DNA of 64,000 bases from Microthyrium microscopicum (GCA_010405405.1 MU004233.1:437067-501066), one strand, 5' to 3'. Counted from the stretch's first letter, positions 48,172 to 61,495 are shown. Program-made: numbers and translations. Notes: generated by a model not told the origin, from the letters alone.

Positions 48172-49482
48172 ATGAACTACCTACCAAGCATGTCTAAAAA
48201 AGCAGAATCCAAACCTCCCGACCCCACCTCCCCAACGGACTCGTGTCCTCCAGAACCTCCAAACCCGCCAGTAGATCTCGACAACCCACCAGACGAAGAA
48301 GAACTAGAAGACCGCTTCGGCGAAACCATAGCCGCCGCACAAGCCGCCAAAAACTCCTACGATCGCGCCGAAGAAGCCCGACAACGAGCCCTCAAAGCCC
48401 AAACGCGCGTCCAACGCCTGCAAGCCGAATATGAGGCTGCCGACTTTGAAAAGATGGCGACCACACAGATTGAGCGCGCGAAAGTGCTAGAGAGTGGCGC
48501 ATGGCAAGGTTTTGGAGCGGGAGCGGGTATTGGGGCGGCGACGGGGATGGGAGTTGGCACGATCGTGGGGACGATTGTGGGCGCGACTACTACTATAGGC
48601 ACGGCTGGTCTTGGGGGATTGATTGGGGCGGGGGTTGGAGCGCTGCATGGGCCTTGGTTGAGTTTTACGGAGAAGCTTAAGCGTGGGGAGGTTGGACAGG
48701 GTGGAGAGGGTGGAGAGGAAGAGAAGGGTGAGAAGATGACCGATGGGAAGGGAGTGACAGGTGATGATGGGCAGGGGAATGGGAATGAGGATGGGGATCA
48801 AGAAATGGAAGACATTAATGCTGGCGCCATAGATGAGAAATCTGAAGGTGATGTTGATGAAAGCCATAAGAATACAAAGCCAGGACTGGATACGGAGCAA
48901 AGTGAAGATGTCCAAGCTAGCCAAGATGAAGAGTCTCAAGATGATGAGGAGAAGGAAGAAGAGGTAGACAGCAATTTGGGATACGAACAGCTTCAGTCTG
49001 ACGAGGAACCCGAACAAGACAAGGAACCTGAACAAGACAAGGAACCTGAACAAGACGAGGAACCTGAACAAGACGAGGAGCAAGAAGAGCAAAGCAATAA
49101 GCCTGAAGAGGATGTCATGGACCAAAAAGACGAAAGTCAGCCGCATGGGCCAAACTCCGACCAGTCCGATGAGAAACCAGAGCACGTTGAGAAACCTAGC
49201 AACACATCAATAAGGGTAGCTCGGTCGGACGAACCATCCAAGCACAAACCCAGGAAGTTGAAACGGAATCGATCCAAAGATTCGACAAACGCAGTGCGGA
49301 ATACGCCTAAAGCAGGACGAAACCCGCCGAGAAAGCTTGAATCTCGAGCCAAGTCGTCGCAATCTGCATCCCACGACATCAAGTGGGAAAATACTCAACT
49401 TCGAAAATTGCTCGATAGTAAAGATGTCACTAAAGCTGAGATCGAACAATTTCTACAAGAATCTTCCAAGAAAGTTGACTGA
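48172..49482 (+). CDS. Hypothetical protein: coiled coil + glycine-zipper membrane segment + acidic low-complexity tail
   Basis: Long uninterrupted ORF; GFGAGAGIGAATGMGVGTIVGTIVG...GLGGLIGAGVGALHGPW; D/E-rich tail. Confidence 0.7.
   Translation: MNYLPSMSKKAESKPPDPTSPTDSCPPEPPNPPVDLDNPPDEEELEDRFGETIAAAQAAKNSYDRAEEARQRALKAQTRVQRLQAEYEAADFEKMATTQIERAKVLESGAWQGFGAGAGIGAATGMGVGTIVGTIVGATTTIGTAGLGGLIGAGVGALHGPWLSFTEKLKRGEVGQGGEGGEEEKGEKMTDGKGVTGDDGQGNGNEDGDQEMEDINAGAIDEKSEGDVDESHKNTKPGLDTEQSEDVQASQDEESQDDEEKEEEVDSNLGYEQLQSDEEPEQDKEPEQDKEPEQDEEPEQDEEQEEQSNKPEEDVMDQKDESQPHGPNSDQSDEKPEHVEKPSNTSIRVARSDEPSKHKPRKLKRNRSKDSTNAVRNTPKAGRNPPRKLESRAKSSQSASHDIKWENTQLRKLLDSKDVTKAEIEQFLQESSKKVD
49000..49089 (+). 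repeat. 18-bp coding tandem repeat (D-E/K-E-P-E-Q) x4 plus one degenerate unit
   Basis: GAC(G/A)AGGAACC(C/T)GAACAA units at 49000, 49018, 49036 and 49054. Confidence 0.9.
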
Positions 49483-50507
49483 TCTCTCATGAAAGAGAAC
49501 TTTTACCAGAACTCAACATCACATCCACTGGTTGACATGCGATAAATCTTCCACTCAATCGAAATGTGCTGCACGGTTCGGAGTTACAATCCCCAAATGC
49601 CCCTCGAAGGATTTGCTAATTACTCGGGAGCATCCGCATAATGCACCAACGGACATGAAAACGACAATTCATCCATGTCGACAAGGCTGAATTGTCCGGT
49701 TGAGACCCTAGCCTACTTACGCGGAATCTACTTCGCAGAACACAGCATTGTCCGCCAGTTCATTGGATTTACCATTCCAGAGCTGTTGGCTAACGATTAT
49801 ACCTCTTCATTGGGACCAGCACCGTCTGCCTTCAATGCCAATACGCTGAAGCAGTTACCGACTTGCCAGCGCTGCAGAGACCAATACAACCACAAGAGTC
49901 TTAGTGAGAATTCCTGAACTACCGAAGGGAGGATGTACCTCTAAGATCAGACATGATCATCCTGTGTAGGAAGAATGTATTGACGCTCCCGAAACTCAAG
50001 CGGCAGTACACGCCAAATTAGGAAGGAGATATATATCATTTTCCAAATTTTTACACGCAAAGAGCAAAAGTCTGAGAGGAGTAATGGAAGCAAATACAGC
50101 ATGAAGATAATCTCCTAATTCGCGCTATATTTAGTCGAACTGAGATCGGATTCAGGGTCTGGGAGCCCAAAACTTTCTTTCCTGACCAAAGTACGGCAAA
50201 TAGGCTCAAAATGGCTCAAGGACCGATCGGTACATCTTACCGGAAAATAGGATCTAGGTTTGCCTGGAGTCAATGTCCCTGTTGATTATCCTCGTATTAC
50301 ACAAAATCAGCCAATTAGCCCTCAGCTAAATCCTTCTCGGACGTTGTATGAATTATACCTGTACACCAAGGGGCCAATTCAATAATCGAGAAGATACCCA
50401 GAGACTACGCTTTCAGTAAGAGAGTGTTCAAAGAGTACTTAAAGGACAAACAATCGCAAATTGGAAAATGCAAAATGATCAGCCTCAAACGCTTGAAAGT
50501 CTTCGAT

Positions 50508-52257
50508 ATGTTATCTTTTCCAAAAGTACTTATTTTCTTGCGGGTCATAACACAGACTGTATATGCCGACGAAGTCAGTGATGCATTGAAACCAACACCA
50601 ACAGCCACCGTTGCAAGTGGCCAAATCATCGGAACGACCACCCAGATCACAGGCGCAACAGGTTCAGTCACTATCAACAAGTACTTGGGTATCCCATATG
50701 CCGCGCCTCCAACAGGAACGAATCGGTTCTCAACTCCGCAGCCGCCAACAAAATGGACGACACCTCTGAGTACCACAAAGTACGCAAGTTCGTGTGTCCA
50801 GGTTTTTGGTTAGTAACACTTTTTTATTGAGCACTTCTTGTACGAAAACTAATCTGAGTTATAGCACCATTGTCTTTCCGAAATTTTACAGAGGCAGTGT
50901 TCAACAATCCTGCACCTGCTGAAAGCGAAGATTGTTTATACATCAATGTTTATGCTCCAAAGAAATCTTGGAACATTACTGCGCCTCCGTACCCGGTCAT
51001 GTACTGGATGTATGGAGGAGCATGGGAATTTGGAAATGCTGGCCAGCCCTGGTATGACGGGTCGCATTTCGCGGCTTTGGAAGACGCTGTGCTAGTCAGC
51101 GTGAACTATCGCACAAACGGTAAGCATTTTCAACCTCAAGGGTCAAATATTCATGTCTAAACTGTACAGTATTTGGCTTCCCAATCAGCCCAACAACAGA
51201 TCTGAAAAGTCAAAATCTCGGGATGCTAGACCAACGCGCCGGTCTCCAGTGGGTGCAAGACAACATCGTCCACTTTGGAGGCGATAAGAACCGCGTCACA
51301 ATCTTTGGGCAATCCGCCGGTGCCTTTGCTGTAGATGCGCTCATCACAAGCTACGCATCTGGTGCCTCTCGCCCATTCCAAGCAGCAATCATGCAAAGCG
51401 GCGTATATGCCTATCTCGTAGCGCCAGTCTGCAACAACGCAGACTATGCCTCCTGGAACAGCCTTGCCACCGCCTTGAAATGCACCGGCACAGATGCTCA
51501 AATCTACAGCTGCGTAAAATCCGCGACCGCCGCGCAACTCAAAAGCGCCCAAGAAGCCGACCCAGGAATCACATTCGGCAAAGCATGCGACGAAGTAACC
51601 ATGGTCTCCAATCCACGCACCCGCCTAGAAGCTGGAAACACCGCCAACGTACCCGTAATGCTCGGCACGAACACCGAAGACGGTAGTTTCTACAGCTTTC
51701 CCTACGGTCTAAACACAACAGCCTACATGAACACGTACTTCCCAGGAAACGCGGCTTTCCAACAACAAGTCCTGGCCGCATATCCCATAGGCTCAGAGGG
51801 CCGCACAGATGCGCAATACCAATTGGCTCAGATCCATACAGATTGGTTCTTTCACTGTCCGGCAGTGTGGTATGGTCAAGCATCTTCGACGTTCAAACCG
51901 ACATATCGGTATCTCTTTAGTGCTACATTCACGAATACGCGCGCTCAGGAGTCGCAGTGGCTGACTCAATACCAAGGAGCGTATCATACTTCTGAGATAC
52001 CCATCGTGTTTTCCTCTTACAGTACATCTAATGTAGATGCCACTGAGCCGGTGTTATCGAATACCATGAGAGGTGCCTGGGCAGCTTTTGCGAGAAATCC
52101 AAATGCTGCGCCTATTTCGAATTGGCCAAAGGTTGGGTCGGCGGCGGCGGATGTGTACAGTTTTGGAACGAGCAGTAGTGGTGCAGTGAGTGATACTGGT
52201 GCGAGTAGGTGTATGGGTACCGGTGTTTGGGCGCCGCTTAGGACGTATCATGCGTAG
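50508..52257 (+). CDS. Secreted type-B carboxylesterase/lipase (spliced)
   Basis: YLGIPYAAPP, SEDCLYINVY, WMYGGAW, VSVNYR, VTIFGQSAG (nucleophile), GAYHTSEI. Confidence 0.93.
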
Positions 52258-53352
52258 AAAATTGTTGGTGATGTTGGGTTGGAGACGATTCAATGAAGCT
52301 TTTGTCGATATTTGCACAATGTCATCTCGGGTAGATTCTCAGGATGGTGATTCCCAATATACAATGTTTGCTCATTATATCTGACTGACGTTGATTTTGA
52401 AAGTCATGAATTATTGAACTTGTAGCATGGATTGACGAGATCGAAGGACCAGAAGTTGTCATGTAGTTGATTTGAATTGGAATTTCGAAGATTTCCAAAA
52501 CAAAGGATGTCACTATTAACAATATATAGTTCGTTCATCTTTATATCAAATTGCTATTCCCATTACTTCATGTTCTTGTCAGTCGATGTTCTTGTGCAAA
52601 TGCTGAATATCTAGAGATAATAAAACAGTTACCATTCTGGGTTGGAATTCTAGTAATTACTAGGTGCACCATTTGCAGGATATATTTCAAATATTGTGGA
52701 TTTCTGATATCTGTCAGTAGAGTAACTGTTCCTGTGGTCGTTAAGGTGCCTTCAATGTGGCCATCCAAACAATTTTGGAGAAGCAGACAACTACTGGATT
52801 TTTCACCTGCATACAGAAAGAAAGCATTACATTATTTCTATTTGTACTTACAACTTTCAACTTTCAACTTACCAGTCGACTAATGTAATCTTAGTCATTT
52901 ACCGTCATCTCAGTGTGGAGCTTGGGCTGCGCTTTGCTGCCTTGCAATTGGCTACCCGCATTTCTCCCTCCAACTCCCTGCCTCGCGTCTGTTCTCGACC
53001 TCAAATCTTATCACAACTACAGTTCTCGCAGTCTCGAGTCGTCCACCCCCATAGCCGTTCAGTAATACAGATCATCATCTTATCGTCATATTGTTTTTAC
53101 TTCCAGTAGTACACATGGCTTGACAAGCGCTTCCTCGCCTTCTCCCTGCGACTTGCGAAGAATCAGTTGTCTTAAAGCAGGAGCTCTACACCCATTGTGC
53201 TAGAGCGATCCGAATCCAAGGCGCTGGTTTACCATCAGGATCGTCATCCAAAGCTGGAACACAGCTCTATCCATGCGCATCAATTTGGACCAAACATCTT
53301 TTTACTGGTCATATCACCACTCCATTATAGGTCATTGTTTTAGACGCTCATA

Positions 53353-54759
53353 ATGCAGAGCCCTCCCTCAGAGTCTCAACAAGTCGCGGCAGAGCCCTTG
53401 CCAGCTGCCACCGACGGCCAGACTACATCATCGACTGCCAAACATGAAAGCCCACCGCCATCCCCTGGAGTCTGGCGGAGAAGAACTCTGTCCCTAATCC
53501 AGGCCGACATCCCTCGAGGCATGTCCGGTATGACCGGTATAGCAGCTGGTCGCGCCCCAACGCTCTCCGAAGTCCGCCAAGGAGCCTTCGTAGTCGACGA
53601 CAACGAGCGACGACAACAATTCGAAACCGCCGATACACCACCAAGTCGGCGCTCAACAATGTCAGGACGTAAGGGGTCCAAGGCATCGATCACATCACCC
53701 ACCACAGCTGGCGTAACGCGCCAACCATCTCACCCCATCACTGAAGAACCTTCAAACCTTGATGGACCGGCTCTAGACCGCTCCGCAACAACAACTTCCA
53801 TCTCGCACACCCAAACAGTCCCCGATAAGCTCGACGCCACTGTCACGCCGAATCCCTTAACATCTCACCCTACCATAATAGATCTTGAACGTACCGATTC
53901 AGGAACATACCCCAATGGTTACAAATTTCCACCCAAGCACACATGGAAGGAAGCCACTGTAATAGGCTTCAAAGCCTTCATCAAATTTACCTTCGGCTCC
54001 TGGTTCGGCTTCGCTATAGTATTCTACTGCGTCCAGATCGTCGGCTGGGGCGGCATGATCTTCCTACTCCTATGCACCGCCGGCGATCCACGCATGTGCT
54101 GGCTCCAAAAGCCAAACGGCGAATGGTACACAGACTGCAGCGACAAACACACTAGCAAGAGTCTGTGGATTGAGATTGATGCTCAGGTGTTAACAGGGCT
54201 ATTCTGCGTGACAGCCTTTGGGCTGGCGCCATGGCGGTGTAAAGATTTATATCATTTGATGCAATTTCGGGCGAAGAAAGATTATATGGCACTGCGCAAG
54301 TTGGCGGCGGCTAACAATGGATGGTTTCGCTTACCGGGAAGCCATCATCTGGATCCGTTGATCAATCCAACCGAGTTGGTAGCTGGACGTGACGATGATG
54401 CGATTGAATTACTTCCATATCCGCTGGAGAAGGCATCGCCGGCGCCATGGACGGGACTACGTGCCATGCCGACACCGTTGTGGAAGTTGGATTTTGTGGT
54501 GTGGTTGATGTTCATGAACACGATCTTTCAGGTTATTCTCTGCGGGTTCATGTGGGGACAGACGCGCTATACTAGAGCTTCGTGGACGACTGCGTTGTTC
54601 ATTGTATTGGGTATGTTGAGTGGTATGGCGGCGGGATGGGTTCAGTTTACGGAAACGAAGAAGATCAAGAAGCGGGAGGGTGTTCCATTGGAGAAGAACC
54701 AGGAGCTTGAGCTTGCGAAGATGGACAATAAGGAGGCTAGGACGCAAGAAACTGTTTGA
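53353..54759 (+). CDS. DUF2985-type membrane protein
   Basis: YPNGYKFPPKHTW, IVGWGGMIFLLL, WIEIDAQVLTGLFCVTAFGLAPWR, T.LWKLDFVVW. Confidence 0.75.
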   Translation: MQSPPSESQQVAAEPLPAATDGQTTSSTAKHESPPPSPGVWRRRTLSLIQADIPRGMSGMTGIAAGRAPTLSEVRQGAFVVDDNERRQQFETADTPPSRRSTMSGRKGSKASITSPTTAGVTRQPSHPITEEPSNLDGPALDRSATTTSISHTQTVPDKLDATVTPNPLTSHPTIIDLERTDSGTYPNGYKFPPKHTWKEATVIGFKAFIKFTFGSWFGFAIVFYCVQIVGWGGMIFLLLCTAGDPRMCWLQKPNGEWYTDCSDKHTSKSLWIEIDAQVLTGLFCVTAFGLAPWRCKDLYHLMQFRAKKDYMALRKLAAANNGWFRLPGSHHLDPLINPTELVAGRDDDAIELLPYPLEKASPAPWTGLRAMPTPLWKLDFVVWLMFMNTIFQVILCGFMWGQTRYTRASWTTALFIVLGMLSGMAAGWVQFTETKKIKKREGVPLEKNQELELAKMDNKEARTQETV

Positions 54760-55468
54760 TTCATTCTTTGGGTTTGAGTATTAGCGATTTATTCGACGCA
54801 TGAGCTTTTATTCTTATAATACTAGTATACTAATTGAGTATTCTGAAGTCGCCTTTAAGACTTTCCGATTCTCGTCAACCAGCAATGAGAGCTTTGCTTG
54901 CATCATACGTTCTCAACTATTATCCGCATTTTCGGGATTTGCAAGTCAAGGACCATTCTTACTCATAACTGCGAACCAAATTGTAAAGTGGATGCCCGTC
55001 AGGTTGCTGTAGCTTATTACTTGCGTGATCCTGTGATCTCTTAACATCTGGAGGATGCGGTTCAAAAGCGTGAGGCTCGGACAAGCAACCGACTATCAAT
55101 ACCCCGGATATTCATATCCCCACATTTGTGACGAAGCATAGCTCATGTAATCTCTCAAAATCAAAAACTCAAATTTGAGTTATATTTGCAAGACTCTAAA
55201 ACACTTGTAAGCAAAACTCAAAATCTTCGTCGCGAGTATGACAGCCGTGATCGAAGTGTGCGACCATAAATTCAATGCTAACATGTCAAAATCTTGTTCT
55301 AGTCCATGTCCCTTAAGTCGCATGAGAATGAAAATGACAGCCGGTCCCGATGTGATTAACATTGGTCCTATGACAACCTGAGAGCATACATATAACTCCA
55401 GAGGATCCCATCGGTGATATCTGCCTCAAACCATAGCATCAAATATCATTTTGCAAACCTTCCACAAC

Positions 55469-56049
55469 ATGTCTGAATACGATAAAAATCCTCACGCACC
55501 AAACGGCAAGCAAAGCAAGCTCATCAAGATAACAGAATATCTCAAGAAATTGCCAAACATCACTGATGAGCAATTTCATCAGCACTGGAATTCTACTCAT
55601 GTTAATATTGCCATGAAGAGTCCCCTGTTTCGGAAACATGTTCGCTACTATAATCAGGTTTGGCACTCGCTCCCCCAAGACCAATTGGTAACTGAGATTC
55701 CCTAGTTCCATATTACTCCCGAAGATCGTGCATTGGCAGCAAAGCTAGGTCCCGTGCTAGAGTATGATGGTGTAGTCGAGTTGTGGATGGACAGCATGGA
55801 AGATTGGGAAGCAATTGTCGCGGACAAGGAGTTTTTGGCGACCATTTTCCGTGAGCTGAGACGTTTCTGGGAAGGGAACTGTGCTAATGGTGTGTAGCTG
55901 ATGAGAAGAAATTTCTGCAAACGCCGGTGCAGTTCATGATTGGAAGAGATACACTCGTTATTCCATATAATGAGAGTAATGAGGATGCGAAGGACATGAG
56001 GATCAAGACTGGAAGAGAGTCAGAGCCTGCAGAGGCCTGTATACCATAA
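55469..56049 (+). CDS. EthD-domain protein (spliced)
   Basis: YLKKLPNITDEQFHQHWNSTH...YYNQ / FH...YDGVVELWMDSMEDW...F / PDEKKF; two GT-AG introns. Confidence 0.85.
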
Positions 56050-56134
56050 ATTCTGATATTTGTTACTGTTCTTAAAGGCAGGCTCACTCGTCTATGAGAA
56101 GGTCTAGTGTCTAGAATGGAGCTATATTCTAGTG

Positions 56135-57778
56135 TCATTTGTTCTCCTGTAGCGCTTTTTCTGCTCTTTCGTCGACCGTCAGCTCGCTTTTTGCCTTTCC
56201 TATTTTGACAAATACAGCGATGATGACGAGGGACATGATTGCACATGCAGTCGCCAGCCAAAAGGCTGCCTTGTATGTACCATTCGTATTCGATTTCTGG
56301 CTTGCTTCTGCCATATCTGCAACTCCAAGCCAGAAACTCATGCCCAGAAATAGGACGCTGTTGATGACGGCACCGGCTAGACCCTGTCTACGTTTGGGTA
56401 AGCTGGTAGTGATGAAAATGTTGGCTACGCCGTAGGTGACATCCACGCCAAGGGTGGCACCTAGCATGGCTGGAAAGATATACGCCCAGTAGCTCGGATT
56501 ACCTGACGGTATCGTTGCTAGAAGCACAGCACAGACCAAATATCCAAGAGAGGCAACGAATAAAGCCACCTTGCCAGACAGGAGATGAAGGGTGAAACCC
56601 CCGACTGTAGCGACGAATATTCCTCCCAGTGCCATGGGAACGTACCAAGCAACACAAAGAAGACCAGTGACACCGCGAACGTATTGAATACTATTTGAGA
56701 TTAGATCAGGTCGATGTGATGCAAGGAGACGACTTACTAGAAGCTCGAGTACAGCAGATATATTCCAAAGACTCCAAAGGAGAAGAAGCAAGAGAACAGT
56801 AAAGGAACCATTGACTTGACCTTGAATAAATCAAAAGGCAGCAGCGGCGATTTCGACACCCATCCTTGCGTGTAAAATGCGGCGATTAGAAACATCGTAC
56901 CAAATGTGAACGTCAAGTATATTTGTGGTGATCTCCAGCCGCCTTCAGTATGAGCGCTGTCTGTCAACGCAAATACAACTAAAAGTAAGCCGGGCACGAT
57001 TGTAAATACTCCCCACCAGTCCATCGTGGCTCCTTCTGTCTTGATCGTTTCTGATGGAGCAGCCAGCAATGCCATTGGAGCAACGACGAAGAGTACGATT
57101 GCACCAATCCAGAAATACCACCGCCAGGAGAGATATTGCGTCGTGATACCACCTGAAAAGATGCCAGCAAAGAAACCAATAGGCGATAGAGCTCCGTAAA
57201 GACTGAAGACGAGATTCTTTCGTGGCCCAGGACGGTATGTGCTTCCCATCAACATAACTCCTGATGGTAAGAACGCTGCTGGGCCGAGTCCTTGCAGAGA
57301 TCGGCAAATTATGAGCATGATGTAAGTCTGGCTGAATCCACAGATCAGGGACCAGATTGCGAACCAGAACAGTCCGCAAACAAACACTCGATAGCTACCC
57401 CAGACGTCGGCCAGGCGAGCGAATGGTAGCAAAACTGCACCGGCGACGAGCGAGAAGGCGCTTGCAGGCCAGATTTGTAGCTCTTCTGGTATGTTGAGTT
57501 CTGTTGCCAGTGTGGGAGCGATTAGTCCGAATCCGCTGATGAAATATTCCTGGACAATATTTTAGGAACCATAGAGTACACTAGTTACCGGGATAAACAC
57601 TTACCGCTATGAACATCGAGGCGAGCAACGAGAAGCAGAACCCGATCTCTGCAAACGATGTACGGAAGGCATCAGGTCGTTGTCTACCGAGCCTTTCAAT
57701 GTCTGCTTCTGAGAGTATGCCGGCTGGTAAACCCAACTCGGCGTCCTTCGATACATGGTCATTTCGTTCCGCCTTCAT
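56135..57778 (-). CDS. MFS drug:H+ antiporter (DHA2-like, spliced)
   Basis: LPFARLADVWG, CRSLQGLGPAAFLP, PGPRKNLVFSLYGA, WRWYFWIG, RQGLAGAVINS. Confidence 0.92.
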
Positions 57779-58195
57779 AGTCTGGGTACCTAATTACCGA
57801 CTTGGTGAATGGAAAGATGCATCTTGAGCATAGAGAAGTCTGGACATATTTATGCGCGACGAACTAGCTTCGAATCCCATCGAACGCGCCCTATAGAGGA
57901 CAAGTTCGTCATGCTTATATTTGCGCCGTCGCGACTTGTATTTCAAAGCCGGTTCTCACAATCAATGCTCGAGCTAGTGTCGATGAGATTGGACGTTCTT
58001 GACGTTCCAATGATGAAGAAAGCCCGCAAAGATGACGATCTAGTCCGAAATAGGAAGCCAAGACACAACTCTTGCATCGCCAGGTTTTAGCGTCGGATCG
58101 TGAGTTCGTACCTAACCTAACTTCACTTTCCCCAGATCAGAGCTTGCCAGTATCCGAAATGTAGGTTTGACCACTTTCTTATCATTCGTTATCAT

Positions 58196-59985
58196 CTAAA
58201 CGCGACTTTTTGGGTTTGTGGGCAGCTCAATGATTACCGAGCTTCCACTACTCATTTCCACTCTGCTTTGGCCATCCAATTCTCCTGCCGTTGCACTTGC
58301 AACGCCAGCATCTACTTCGAATAACTGGCTCTCTTCGAGCTTCATGGAGGCGCCAACCTCACCAGATTGCTTAGAGATCCGTACTTTTTTACTTGCATTT
58401 CGACGCCGCAAGATTAGCCCAATGAAGGCGGCAAGACTGAGCATACCAAGAGTTATGCCAACGCTGACACCGATTATCTTTCTCACTTTGCTATTATCCT
58501 CCGCAATACCTAGTGGGACGATAGCAGTGAGGTTAGGACTTGTAGCTTCCCAGTTGACTTGAGCAATTGAAAAATTCTGCCGCTCATAGTCTGCTATGAT
58601 ATATGCTTCTTGAAGAAACGCGCGACCAATTGTGAACTATGAAATCCTTTCATTAGCTTTCACCGCTATCATTTAAAGGGGATTGATGTATTACCTGTGT
58701 GTGGTTGGCTGCTCGTTTCAAAGGAAAGTACTTTCTGGGGCGTGCAACAATTGGAAGATCTGCTGTCAGGTCGAATGAGCCATATGGAATGTGGAGGTCA
58801 ATTGTCTTGGCAGACGATGTATCATCCGCGAGTGTCATTACCACTGTCGTGTTACCGCGAAGTAGTTCGGAATGAATCGTTTCATTGATGAAGTACATGT
58901 TTGCTGTCTCGTTCCAAGAAAGGCCAAATGCGAGCTCAAACAACCGGCAGTCTTCTGCTGGCAACCAAAGATTTGGCCGACTCGAGTCAAGAGCAGCTAG
59001 GACTGGTGAGTTTATCAAGGGTTCTTGACCTGATTCGTCTGCAATCTTCTTCATACTACGGATAGCAACGACTAGTTCACGACCAGTGTCTCGGTTGAAC
59101 TTGAACGATATCGGCTCTCCGACAAAGCGAGAGTTGTCGTAGCCACCCAGGACCAGCGAACCAAGTGAATTTTTATAATATTGTGTTCGATAGTAAGAAC
59201 CTGGGTTGAAACCCCAAGAGAGGCTTGGGATCTTTCCATTTTGTTTAAGCAGTGATAGATAACTCGGTGTCTAGAGAAGCTTGGTAAGCAGAAAGTTAAA
59301 TGTGCCATATTCTACTAACCCTGAACATAGGCTGACTACGGAGTTTTCCAGTGAAGTTTGATACTCTTGGACTCAATCCAAACTGGCCAATATAGTAGTC
59401 GGGTGTCTTAATGGTTGCTACAACAGTCTGATTCAATGTTGCTGATGTTGATTCGTTCCATGAAAGAGCTACAGTTTCAAGAGCATACTCACCACGCTAT
59501 ACATGAATATGTCAACGGCGGCGCTGATGCTAATCGAAGTGAACGTACGTCATTGACTCCAAGGCCTTTACCGACAATATCACCAAGACTGAAGTATTGT
59601 TTATAATCGAATGATCGCGTAGAATTCCACGTCGATGATTCATTAATGCGGAAGATTCCTCCTCTACGTTCGCCACAAACATTGAGGTCAATGTCAACAC
59701 ATCCATAAGGTCCCACTAGTAAGGTTTCTTGATTTGTTATGGCAGGTACGACCCGAAATCGCTGTGGAGGTGTTCCGGCTTGTATTGCGAATGTCGACCA
59801 TTTCCCATCATTTCCCTCCCTGGAGAAACTGGTCAAAATCTATAAGCCACAGGGAATAGGAAAGTTGCCACTAACCATCGCTCAGTTGGGTCAACCACAA
59901 GTGGGGAGAGACTGCAAGACACAGCTATATCAAGCAACAACAGTATAATTGCGATATCAAAGAGCAGCCTCGAAAATTCATACAT
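58196..59985 (-). CDS. Pepsin-fold (A1-like) protein with signal peptide and C-terminal TM anchor, probably non-catalytic (spliced)
   Basis: W.GNDGKWSTFAIQAGTPPQ, IPSLSWG, GSLVLGGYD, ALDSS.PNLWLP, YFPLKRA, IGRAFLQEAY, TM IIGVSVGITLGMLSLAAFIGLIL-RRR. Confidence 0.82.
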
Positions 59986-60623
59986 AGAGGCTGAGAAATG
60001 CTGAAATGATATCTATAATCTCGGAATTGTGTCTTTTGTCACATTGAGTTTATGCAGGTAGTCTCCAGTTTGTCTGAATTTCGACGTCTCCTTGTAGGTT
60101 AACATTCCCGAATTTGATTTCCCATAGAAGCCAATTAATAGATATCTAAAGATAGCCATCAGGATGGAGTTGGTCATGGTTGGGTCCCAATAAATAACCT
60201 TGGACAACACATTTGATTTTGTGATATTCGTGAAACTATCAATAAGTAAAGGAGTCGCATGCAACATCTCAACCTACAGATTATAGCCTATTCGTATTGT
60301 TCATGTATACAAGTCATGGGCTCAAATTATCTAACCTATAGAATGAATGGACATTAGTTCACCTACAGCTCATAGTGTGCCCTATCCGTTGGGGGCTGGG
60401 ATTATTTAGAGTATTGGGGGTAAGCGTCAACTGTCCATGGGACCCAAAGGTATCAAGGCGTAAATCCAGAATTCCTACAGGAATGAGCTCGCCTCTAATA
60501 CGGTAGGTGATTGATGAATTCAATCATGAAAACTTGATCCTAATCTTTTGGAAGTTAGGTTGATGAAGATAAATATATAAGTTAGGTTCGTTGTGAAATG
60601 TGAATCAAGCTAACGTAGTGAAT

Positions 60624-61495
60624 ATGAACTGGCTACGTATAGTCTTATCATTATTTGTCGTGGTATCAAACTGTAGGGCGCGTAGTCCTGACAGCTATTT
60701 AGCGTAGGTTCATACTCAAATCTAGAAATCGAAGTTGTCTAATGCAATCTTGCCAGGCGAAAACTTACTGCACACTCGAGCCAATCCAATACTACCTACA
60801 GCAGATGTGGACCAGATTTTGGCTCGTGTCTTTAAGGGCATTGCTGTAATGAACTTGGACAGTGTGGAACAGGAGAAGCGTATTGCGGATCCAGTTGCGA
60901 GCCTCGTTACGGTGACTGTGATCGCATTGGCAGATGTGGGCAAGAGTTTGGATCATGTCCGCAAGGAGAGTGTTGCAATGCATTTGGCTCTTGTGGGAAA
61001 GGAGAGCTGTATTGCAAATATGGCTGCCAACCTGAGTACGGCAACCGTGATAAGATGGTTGGTAGTGGCGGCTGTGGCCTAGGCTTAGGCTCCTGTCCCC
61101 TGGGCTATTGCTGTCACGTATTCAATGGCTGTGGGAAGGGAAAGGTCTACTGTGGCGCCAATTGTCTGCCCGATTATGGCAGCTGCGACAGTGCTAGCAG
61201 GTGTGGACCAAGCTACAGTTCATGTCCCGAGAGCGCTTGCTGTTCTGTCCGTGGGACATGTGGGAAAGGACACGACTATTGCGAACCATGTATTTGTTCG
61301 CCAGAATATGGGTTCTGCGACTATAGCAAAGGAAACTGCGGGCAGAACCTCTCCCCCGTAGACGACAAGGACGGATTCGACGATATTGGGTCACTCAAGC
61401 CTACCTATTCTTATCTGAATATGCCCGCAGTCACAGAAATCCTTGAAGACGAGAAGCTTGGAAAGGAAAGCTTGTGTCCCACAGGTTTACCATAA
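60624..61495 (+). pseudogene. Secreted multi-hevein (CBM18 chitin-binding) protein with a premature stop
   Basis: Signal peptide MNWLRIVLSLFVVVSNCRA, intron ~60704-60755, then four CG..FGSC..G.CC...G.CG....YC...C...YG.C repeats; in-frame TAA at 60833-60835 inside repeat 1. Confidence 0.75.

Noticed and set aside
48487..49185. 232-aa very hydrophobic minus-strand ORF (FLVLFR repeats)
   Set aside because: It is the antisense of the Glu/Asp/Lys-rich coding repeat, not an independent membrane protein.
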